This document shows, one piece after another, positions 42,165 through 50,055 of a stretch of DNA of 64,000 nt; positions within the stretch are counted from its first letter, which is position 1; the number at the start of each line of letters is the position of its first letter. The notes under the pieces were generated by a model that saw only the letters and a list, made by a program, of their open reading frames with translations, was not told the origin of the DNA and ran no database searches. The translations under genes were made by a program, and so were the position numbers. Origin of the DNA: Candidatus Poribacteria bacterium (GTDB lineage: Bacteria > Poribacteria > WGA-4E > JAJDTR01); contig CBDCTK010000002.1 in NCBI GenBank assembly GCA_965222225.1, positions 512,001-576,000 on the forward strand. The letters run 5' to 3'.

Positions 42165-42740
42165 ATGATGGATATAAGAAAAAACCTATCCTTTTTCGCA
42201 TTGGGAAGTGTCTGTACATTAGTGGGGATGTTATTCGCTACAATGTCCCCCTTGTTTGCTAGACGTGGAGAGGACGTTGTTTATGATACGATTCAATGTA
42301 AGAAACTTTTCATTATGGAGGGGGAAAATCCAGTTGCTGTTCTGGGTTCAAATCTACTAGGCGCATTCGATATTGGTACTGGTGGCACTTTGATGTTGGG
42401 AAGCAAAGACAAAATTGGGGGTGTTAGTCTAATGCTGTCTAACGAAGGGCTCATTATTACCGATGGGCAGGTTAACGTGAAGACCGTGATATTGAAGTCA
42501 GATAAGGGCAGCGGACAGCTGCGATTGGGTAATGAAAAGACCAGTGCTAATTTACACCGAAATGTAGACGATGGATATGGGCTTGGTTTCTACCAATCTG
42601 GAAGAGACACTGCCCACTGCTTAATTGGACTTGGTGGGAAGACAAATGTGCCACTACTAATATTTTCTGACGGAAACGGGAAACCGAGATTTGGCAGAAG
42701 CCTTGACAGGTGGGGGAATGTTTCAAAATTTGAGGATTAA
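42165..42740 (+). CDS. Hypothetical exported/membrane-anchored beta-rich protein
   Basis: AAAGGAG RBS, N-terminal hydrophobic helix, Gly-rich beta strands. Confidence 0.75.
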   Translation: MMDIRKNLSFFALGSVCTLVGMLFATMSPLFARRGEDVVYDTIQCKKLFIMEGENPVAVLGSNLLGAFDIGTGGTLMLGSKDKIGGVSLMLSNEGLIITDGQVNVKTVILKSDKGSGQLRLGNEKTSANLHRNVDDGYGLGFYQSGRDTAHCLIGLGGKTNVPLLIFSDGNGKPRFGRSLDRWGNVSKFED

Positions 42741-42888
42741 TGAGGTGAACAGACTGCTTTCATTGTGATGAATTTTCAGAAAAATAGCGGGGTATTACCC
42801 CACGCATCTTCCCACCAATGTGCTAACCTTCCTCGTGTGCTATCATCCCCCGTATCATCAAAGCTGTGTTAATCAAAGGAGATTCCAA

Positions 42889-43829
42889 ATGAGGCTGTTA
42901 GCAGTCGTGCTTGGTGTATTTTCCCTGTCTTTAGGGTGTTCAAATTCTGGAGGGTAGACAATCCAGTAATTGAGTTTGTCAATCAACCTGCGAATACTAC
43001 CGATGAACAAACCACACAGGTTATTGCCGATGTTTCAAATCCGACTCAACCCGATGTGTCAACAGTTCGCATGGCAGGTTGGAATATCCGAATCTACAGT
43101 GATGGGAGTCGGGATGACAATGAATTGCAATGGATCCCCAATGTGTTAATCGACTACGATTTCATCGCTATCGTTGAATTGAGAGACGAGCGGGTGTTAG
43201 AACGTATCGAAAAGATTCTGATTGGAATGGGAAGGGATTATGACTACGTTGTAAGTGAACCTGTTGGAAACAAAGTTACAGAACGCTATGGTTTCCTTTA
43301 CGATAAATCCTTGTTTAATGTTGTCAAAGATGGCGAGTTCTTTGCCGATAATGATGACGCCTTCCTGCGTGAACCTTACTTCGCATCGTTCAGGGTTGGT
43401 CAATTTGATTTCACTGCGATTGCCGTGCATGTGATTTGGGGTGATAGAGTAGCACAACGACGGGAAGAGATACAGGCATTAGCAAATGTGTATAATTTTG
43501 TTCAGGCTTCAAATGGTGCGGAGCAGGATGTATTACTGTTCGGAGACTTCAATCGTAACCCCGATGATTCATCGGCATATCAACGTCTGTTGGACATTCA
43601 ATCAATGACACACCTGTTTAGCCTTCCCGATAAATCACACATCAAAGATTCAAGTCTTTATGACAACATTTTCTTTCAAACGGTGCATGTAACCGAGTTT
43701 GCCAATAACAAGGGTATAGACAGGTTTGATGAAACCGATTTTGCAAACGATGATAAGGCTGCCTCGCTTGCAGTGAGTGACCATCGCCCTGTGTGGGCTG
43801 AATTTAGAATTGGAAGCGATGATGATTAG
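42889..43829 (+). CDS. DNase I-like (EEP) lipoprotein, frameshift after the signal peptide
   Basis: AAAGGAG+MRLLAVVLGVFSLSLGC ends at TAG 42955; the -1 frame carries GWNI, REPY, GDFN, YDNI, SDHRPV. Confidence 0.85.
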
Positions 43830-44112
43830 GTAGCAACACACGACAGGAAGGTGTAACTTGCATCCTAAAGCGTTGAAATTAGTGCCAGCGGGCGTATTGA
43901 TTCTTACTGCAAGTCTGTTGTGGATAGGTGATGGCGTTAGTCATATACCATTTACAGATTCTGGGTTTATACTATCCTCAACCTAAACCGAGTTCCAAGC
44001 CTAGCTAGTTGGTTGGAAAGCCCAATAAGGAATACATTCCAATATAGGTGGCTCACGTTAAGTTATTTTCACTTTGCACAACTATCTCTGTATCGGTGGG
44101 TGGAAGTCTCAA

Positions 44113-44469
44113 TCATTGCGCCGCAGAGTTGACAGAAACTATCTTAAAAAATCTCTCCTCGTTGTTATCAGGATCCAGTTTCCCTTTTTCGAGGATAATA
44201 GTATAACCCTTAGCTTGCAACCTATGTGCTTTCTTGATAATACTTACGAAATGAGTTTCTATAGCATAGGGAAGGTCATAATGAACCTCGGATAGCACGA
44301 TGTTATATCCTGCATGTAAGCAAATCTCCCCTCTACCTGACCGAATATGAAAAACTTTTCCAGTACCAAACACGTGTCGCCAAAACTCTATAACCCCTTG
44401 AATCATTTCATCTGTTGTATGGAAATTGAGTATTGCTTCGATTAGCTCCGAGAAATCGGTTCGTAACTT
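44113..44469 (-). CDS. Hypothetical protein (start uncertain, ORF open from 44499)
   Basis: 128-codon ORF with protein-like composition. Confidence 0.4.
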   Translation of the reverse strand, partial: KLRTDFSELIEAILNFHTTDEMIQGVIEFWRHVFGTGKVFHIRSGRGEICLHAGYNIVLSEVHYDLPYAIETHFVSIIKKAHRLQAKGYTIILEKGKLDPDNNEERFFKIVSVNSAAQ

Positions 44470-44593
44470 CAAACTTTTCATGATTCTTAACTCTTTCACG
44501 TTTCCCCGTCGGGTTTTTGTAGTCTACTATTTTCTGGCAATTCCTTTTGATTGTCAATAAAGAATTTGATTCATGATTGACATACTCAAAAAA

Positions 44594-44675
44594 GCATTTC
44601 AGGCATTCTAAGGGATAGTTCCGCTTCAATGGGTGTTATGCTCTTACCTGAGCGCAAAGAATCGCTTGTGGGCTT
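44594..44675 (+). repeat. Island periodic repeat, copy A
   Basis: gcatttcag-gcattctaag..atagttc..tgggtgttatg..aaagaatcgct..tgtgggctt shared with copy B. Confidence 0.75.
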
Positions 44676-44822
44676 ACTAACAAGGGTGGGGGAATGTGCC
44701 TATTTCGTTGGCAAAGGCTAGGGAAATCTACTCCCCGTGTGCGAAGTGTAATCCACCGAAGTAAAGGACGAGTGGCACTATCAATATCTGATACTGTCGA
44801 AAAGAAAGGAGACCTAGGGTAG

Positions 44823-45287
44823 ATGACAAACGACAATGACCAAGCGTTGGCACTAGACAAATTCAAACTTGAGGCATATAAAGATTTGAGCCGATGGAAC
44901 ATTCATGACGAGCAGTCTCTGAGTTCTAGAGATAAGTTCCTTCTTACGGCGTCAGTTGGAGCGTGTGTGGCGTCATTGATGAAATATCGAGAAGTTTACC
45001 ATTTTGTTTATCTTGGCAGTCTAGTTGCCCTTTGTTATTGGATGATTCTATCTATCCGCTATAGGTTAAGAATACAACTGAGAATAGAATCAATGCACGG
45101 GATAGAAGAAGAGCTAGGATATAGTCCGTACTCGACAGTAGGCCGTTCAGTCGGGTCGATACTTTGGCTATTGCCACGGGATCTAACGCTAAGGACTTCG
45201 TTCTTCTTCCTCTTTGTGTTGGTTATGTGTCCACCTATATTGACACAATTGGGCATGTTAATCAATTGTATCAGTAGGTATTTCTAA
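44823..45287 (+). CDS. Small multi-TM membrane protein (paralog 1)
   Basis: AAAGGAG RBS; Y.DLS.WN..D....DK...AS.GAC...YW.ILS.RYR.RI..R...MHGIE..LG shared with paralog 2. Confidence 0.8.
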   Translation: MTNDNDQALALDKFKLEAYKDLSRWNIHDEQSLSSRDKFLLTASVGACVASLMKYREVYHFVYLGSLVALCYWMILSIRYRLRIQLRIESMHGIEEELGYSPYSTVGRSVGSILWLLPRDLTLRTSFFFLFVLVMCPPILTQLGMLINCISRYF

Positions 45288-45352
45288 TCCCAGTCACTCG
45301 GGCGTCCACGTGAGTGTTCGAATTTTTCTAGTCGAGAGGAGTTCAAACGCTC

Positions 45353-45786
45353 ATGGCAAACGACAATGACGTACAATTAGAGGGCTATAGAGATTTGAGC
45401 AAGTGGAATGATAGAGACATTCAAACCGTGATAACTTTCGACAAGATTTTCCTTCCTGCATCAATGGGGGCGTGTCTGCTATCATTAGCCAAAGAACCAC
45501 AAACATATCCATTTGTCTATGGGGGGGCAGCGTTTTGTTCTTATTGTACTGGCTAATTCTATCCCTCCGGTATAGGGCACGGATTTTTAGTCGATTTCAG
45601 GTAATGCACGGTATAGAGTACGGTCTTGGGTTTAGAGCACATTCAGTTCTGCCAAATAGTCTAGGCTACCCAAGAGACCGTACTTTGAGAAAGATATTCT
45701 TTGGCTTCTTTGTGATTGTGATGCTCATTCCAATAATCCTTCATATTATCTGCCCTACATTGTTTTCGCTTTCGTCAAACAACTGA
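45353..45786 (+). pseudogene. Small multi-TM membrane protein (paralog 2), frameshift in G7 tract
   Basis: ORFs 45353-45556 and 45472-45786 join at G7 (45521-45527) and together align with paralog 1. Confidence 0.8.
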
Positions 45787-45818
45787 GACAACAACCTCGC
45801 CATGTAACACCCCAAAAC

Positions 45819-45908
45819 GCATTTCAGAGCATTCTAAGCAATAGTTCAGCCTTTTGGGTGTTATGGTATGCTTGGAATAAAGAATCGCTGGTGTGCGTCT
45901 GTGGGCTT
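45819..45908 (+). repeat. Island periodic repeat, copy B
   Basis: Long shared blocks with copy A. Confidence 0.75.
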
Positions 45909-46191
45909 GCCGACGTGGCACTTGGCAAGGCATAAACCTAAACGTGCTTTCAATTCGTCACATTCAGGGGTGATGCGTAGTTTTCACCTTTCTTCTCGCA
46001 TAGAATTTCCTTGCTACTTGACTTCCGACTAATGTATGATATTTGCATGGTCTAATGTAAACACTTTCTACTAGTCACCGAAAAGGGTGTAGTGAGTTCC
46101 CGATACTCACCCACAGGCTTGCCTAGCGAATGATTTTGGTGTGCCATCAAGGGGTGTTTTGCTTGTCTGAAAACCTGTTGAGGAGATACGG

Positions 46192-46503
46192 ATGTTTATC
46201 AAGACCGAATCTGGTATTATCCTAAATTGGGACGTAATAAGTAAAATCACGATGGAATCACACGGCACTCGAGGTCCAGTCGGCACTCGAGGTCAAGTGC
46301 CGCCTACTCCTCTGCCGAATTGCAAAGTTGTAGCATATCTCGCACATTCAAATTCACCCGTTATAATTTCATATTGTGATATACGAACTGCAATAGAAAT
46401 TATGGACGCAATTGAAGAGGCACTAATTAATTCCCGTACACATCCAGACCTAGGTTCAATATTTGCCAAACGTCAATTAGCAAAACAAATAACCAATGAG
46501 TAA
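46192..46503 (+). CDS. Hypothetical protein with internal 18-bp tandem duplication
   Basis: GAGGAG RBS; cggcactcgaggtc(c/a)agt x2 at 46263-46298. Confidence 0.7.
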   Translation: MFIKTESGIILNWDVISKITMESHGTRGPVGTRGQVPPTPLPNCKVVAYLAHSNSPVIISYCDIRTAIEIMDAIEEALINSRTHPDLGSIFAKRQLAKQITNE

Positions 46504-46912
46504 TGGAGAGCGCATTTCTCCACTAAGTTTCAGACTAAAGTATCTGAAATCGGACTTAGTAATTTTTTCGATTGCTTTGGGTGTGTATATCTTCATATTA
46601 TGGAGGGAAAAATCTCATACGGGGATAGAACGTATAATATGGATCGTTGATCGTGTTGGTGCGGCTGTTCCTGTTGCCATTGTATTGACGCTATTATTTG
46701 AATTAGGAGGACTGGGCATCGTGTTGTTAACCAATTGGTACAAAGAATCTTACAAAGCCAAGCGCGAAAAAGAACTTGAAGAGGCTAAAGAGCAAGGGCG
46801 TCGTGAAGGACGTGCTGAGGCTGCAGCCGAGTTGGAAGCTGCACAACAGGAGTGGTATGATGAATCTGCCGCCGATACCGGAAGCGAGCCCAGTTCGGAC
46901 GAAAGAGAGTGA
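46496..46912 (+). CDS. Two-TM membrane protein with charged tail
   Basis: Overlaps the previous stop; two hydrophobic segments; EQGRREGRAE tail. Confidence 0.7.
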   Translation: MSNGERISPLSFRLKYLKSDLVIFSIALGVYIFILWREKSHTGIERIIWIVDRVGAAVPVAIVLTLLFELGGLGIVLLTNWYKESYKAKREKELEEAKEQGRREGRAEAAAELEAAQQEWYDESAADTGSEPSSDERE

Positions 46913-46939
46913 TAGCTCCGCCATAATGCAGTGCAGTTG

Positions 46940-47572
46940 CTAATTTCGTTCCTCAAGTGCTTCCTTCAATGCTTGGATTACTTCCTCTCTCCATTTTTCG
47001 ATAAAGTGAAATGTAAACTTACTCAAGTAAGGATTTTCGGCACTAAATACACCCGTTTCCAACAACATCGCCTTATAAATTTCTTGATGCTTTTCGGATA
47101 GCTTGCCTATGGCAGATTCAAGGATTGATTTTAACTCATTGTGGGTTGCAACGTCGGCAGGGTTCGGCAAGGATTCATCTTTCAGAATGTCTGCATAATC
47201 CATCACACCCTCTTCGGTCTTTATCAATTCATTCAGCGAATCCGCCTCCAACTGCCAAGTGCGCTTATGTCTGCCTAGTCGCCTCAAATGAAAAAGAGAA
47301 AAGTTTCGCATTGAAACGCTGGTGAATGCGTGTAGCTTACCCAAATCTGGGTTCCAAGATGCTATCAATTCTCTAAAAAAATGCTCTGCTGCAAGTTGTC
47401 GCATGTCTTCAATGTCCAGCCCCTCAACCCATTTGTTGTAACTTCCAAAATACTGTTTCACTGCTGCATATATGATTGCTCGGTGTCGTTTCCAAAGGAT
47501 TTCCCCCGCCTCATTATCACCATGTTCGATATACAACGAAATTAGCTCGGCGTCTGTCTTATTGTCTATCAA
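46940..47572 (-). CDS. Divergent sigma70-family factor
   Basis: GAGGTGG RBS; DAELI..GDNEA..L...GLDIEDMRQ..WNPDLG (region 2); LSEKHQEI (start of region 4, degenerate HTH). Confidence 0.75.
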   Translation of the reverse strand: MIDNKTDAELISLYIEHGDNEAGEILWKRHRAIIYAAVKQYFGSYNKWVEGLDIEDMRQLAAEHFFRELIASWNPDLGKLHAFTSVSMRNFSLFHLRRLGRHKRTWQLEADSLNELIKTEEGVMDYADILKDESLPNPADVATHNELKSILESAIGKLSEKHQEIYKAMLLETGVFSAENPYLSKFTFHFIEKWREEVIQALKEALEERN

Positions 47573-47716
47573 CTTCCATCACCACCTCTCCGAGATAGAC
47601 GTTAAATTTTAGCTTTTCCTGTGGCGGTAGTGTACCCTTGAAAAGGGTGTATTTCAAGATGGGGAATTGATGTAAGGCGAGGGGGTTGGTTCGGATGATG
47701 TTCGGTGGGAAAAATT

Positions 47717-47835
47717 AACGCACCATTGAGGGTTTTAAGGGGTTTTATTTGGTTTTTAAGTGGGTGTCTTTACCCTATTCCTCAATTAAAACCCCGTCTG
47801 GTGCGCCTGGCGTGCGTTTTGGTGCGTTCTGTGAG
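47717..47835 (+). repeat. Island periodic repeat, copy D (divergent)
   Basis: ..ttttaagggg..tgggtgtctttaccc..aaaaccccgtctggtgcg.. Confidence 0.45.
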
Positions 47836-47841
47836 TATCAA

Positions 47842-48048
47842 TCAAACCGATTGTGTCTGATTCAAGTTGCGTGGCTTGTAAAGGTTTTGATTCGTTGAAA
47901 ACATCACGGGTATACACTTGCGGTTCGGGTCAAGTAATCGCTTAAAGCATTGCGTGAAAATTCCCTCGCCTGGCTTCAATCCTGTATGGACGAGGTGTTT
48001 TCTTTGATTCTTGAGATTGTGACGCCATTCATCCAAGTTGATTTTCAT
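47842..48048 (-). CDS. Small hypothetical protein
   Basis: GGAG upstream of ATG; 68 aa. Confidence 0.45.
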   Translation of the reverse strand: MKINLDEWRHNLKNQRKHLVHTGLKPGEGIFTQCFKRLLDPNRKCIPVMFSTNQNLYKPRNLNQTQSV

Positions 48049-48175
48049 AATGGTTATACTCCAAAAAGTAAAGAAACGAGTTCACGGAAATAGTAACTTG
48101 AAGAGTAGCTGAAAATCAGCCCGATTTCCAAGATGGCTATGTGTAGATTATTCATGGTTTATGATAGAGATTCCT

Positions 48176-48275
48176 AAAAGTGCATCCAGATCGATTTAAG
48201 GCTATCGTATAGGTTTTCGGGTATGTGTGTTATCCCTTGTTTAGCGCTCAAAACCCGCTGTGGATGTCTGGTGCA
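48176..48275 (+). repeat. Island periodic repeat, copy C (divergent)
   Basis: aaaagtgcatccaga..tttaag..gggtatgtgtgttatccc..aaaacccgctg..gtctggtg. Confidence 0.5.
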
Positions 48276-48280
48276 ATTCC

Positions 48281-48475
48281 TCAGCCGTTCTGAGAGGTGT
48301 TGATTGACTCATTGATGCAGTCAACTATCATTTGTTTCAGTTCATGCGTTGGTTTGCTCGTATCAAGATTGAAATGCTTGGCAAGAGGTGCAACCCCGAA
48401 ACCTGATTTTAGCACAATGTGTTCGGGTGTCCATTTTCCTGAGATACAAGCGTTGATAATTTGTTCGGCGTTCAT
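48281..48475 (-). CDS. Small hypothetical protein
   Basis: GAGGTG RBS, 4 nt after the TerS-like stop. Confidence 0.6.
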   Translation of the reverse strand: MNAEQIINACISGKWTPEHIVLKSGFGVAPLAKHFNLDTSKPTHELKQMIVDCINESINTSQNG

Positions 48476-48479
48476 GTAT

Positions 48480-49183
48480 TCAAATCACCTCATTTTGAGT
48501 TTCGGGTTCGTCCAATTTCTCATATTCTGATTTTCCAAGTGCTTCGCTACGTTCAGCTAAGGAATTGAAAAGTCTATCAAGTTCTGATTTTAACTCCTCA
48601 TGGATTATTAAATCATCATCCAGAGATGCCCAACGGGTTGAAAATTTGTCGGGGATTGTGTACAAGTTGATTTTTAGCGCATTTAGGGATTCATTCCATT
48701 CTCTCACTGCATCAGCCAACAGGATATATTCTTTTCTTTCCCTTGCAAACTGCAAGCGCAGGTGTTCGGATCTATGTCTTGCGGTCTCAGTTTCAACCCT
48801 ACGAGTCTCCGCAAGTGCTCTTTCCTTGTCGGCACGTGCGAGTTTGAAACGCCTGTCGATTGACGCCAATGATTCATCTTCACTGGACGCCTCTTTTGAT
48901 TTAGATTTAGATTGAGTGTTGGTTTTTTGGTGCTAGGAGTGCTTTTTGAGTTCGGCTGTTTTTTGAAATAATACCCACAGGTTTTGCCATTTCTTTTTGT
49001 TCGGCTGTTTCCGCATTGCTGCCAACCCAAATCCTGGAGTTCGACAGAAATCCGCCTGGTTGAGTAGGCAGAATCAAGCAAAATGTTGACGTGTTTTGTG
49101 ATTTCTTTCGGCGTGCTGAAATCACCTCTTTTGCTTGAGGTTACTAGATCTCTCTGAAGGATTTCGGATATATGCTCAGACAC
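48480..49183 (-). pseudogene. Terminase small subunit-like (Nu1-type), split by frameshift
   Basis: N-terminal wHTH-like part (from 49183) and C-terminal ..RLQFARERKEYI...L..IPDK... coiled part (48480-48869) join if one base is added at T6 48923-48928. Confidence 0.55.
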
Positions 49184-49242
49184 TTACAAAAACCTAAACA
49201 CAACCAAGAGCGATATGAGTAGGATTTCATAGGCATCTGCTT

Positions 49243-49935
49243 TTACTGGCTGATGACTGATAGCGCATTTGGCTTTACTAGGGCTGCATCTGCCATCACG
49301 GACATGGTCAAAACAACCTTGTTGTTGATTGATCTCGTGAATCCATCAATAATCAAATCGAAAACGGTGCTATCGTGCCATAATCCTACAACTACGAATG
49401 AGGGGTTCATAAGCCAACAGTCCGCATCCTCTAGGTTCTCAGTGATTAAGGCGTCATATCCTAGCACTTTGCCGTCGTCCATGAAAATAGGGGTAAAGAA
49501 ACTGGGTAATCGGATGCTCCGTAACCTTTTTCGAGTGTTTGAGTTCATTATGAAAAAGTACGGTAAGGGAGTTTTGCCCGTCCCTAGATTGCCTTCTGCG
49601 TCCCGCACCGATTCGTGAGCCGTTCCGCCCTGAAGGGCTGGAAGCGGAGTCCACGTAGCCGACGAAATTCCTGAAGTGTTCACAATACCCGATATTTCGT
49701 TTTGGGTGCTGTTACCTTTGAGAATTTGCCTGTCGAGTTCCTCAGTCAATGCCGAGCGCATGTCGTTCAGAATCAAATCGTTGATGTCACGGCTTGATTG
49801 CTCTATCAGTGTTCTTGAGATTTCTATGCTCACCCGAACGTGTTTTGGAATGAGTTTTATATTTGACCATGCAGGTTCGGTGCTAAAAACATTCGCATCC
49901 GTTGTTGTTTCTGTCACGGCTTTGGCAGTCAACAC
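49243..49935 (-). CDS. HK97-fold major capsid protein, N-terminally truncated
   Basis: LIPKHV..SIEISRTLIEQS..I..LI..D..A...LDRQIL.G...GIVN; FIMN; GKVLGY; AD..LVKPNA. Confidence 0.85.
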   Translation of the reverse strand: MLTAKAVTETTTDANVFSTEPAWSNIKLIPKHVRVSIEISRTLIEQSSRDINDLILNDMRSALTEELDRQILKGNSTQNEISGIVNTSGISSATWTPLPALQGGTAHESVRDAEGNLGTGKTPLPYFFIMNSNTRKRLRSIRLPSFFTPIFMDDGKVLGYDALITENLEDADCWLMNPSFVVVGLWHDSTVFDLIIDGFTRSINNKVVLTMSVMADAALVKPNALSVISQ

Positions 49936-50010
49936 TGCGGGAGTGTTTTTTTTATTTACGTTACTTAACCCCTATAAACCCGTACTATGACTTAGTTTCT
50001 CTCTGTGTAA

Positions 50011-50022
50011 CGTAAAGTTGCG
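50011..50022 (+). repeat. Putative attR core
   Basis: CGTAAAGTTGCG within the imperfect palindrome TAACGTAA-AG-TTGCGTTA. Confidence 0.65.
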
Positions 50023-50055
50023 TTAACGTTCTTTTACGCCAAGACTACTAGGACA

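Larger units (their letters stand above)
41611..50022. mobile_element. Phage-derived / satellite-like island at the 3' end of comB, no integrase
   Basis: Direct repeat CGTAAAGTTGCG at 41611 and 50011; visibly AT-richer; capsid, TerS-like, sigma-like and orphan ORFs. Confidence 0.75.

Noticed and set aside
46059-46110. Structured ncRNA upstream of 46192 (GTGAGT-tcccgat-ACTCAC hairpin)
   Set aside because: Short hairpins only; no family can be supported without a covariance search
41611-50022. TAG-recoded genetic code in the island (would explain the capsid TAG)
   Set aside because: The DNase (43829) and sigma (46940) genes end normally at TAG
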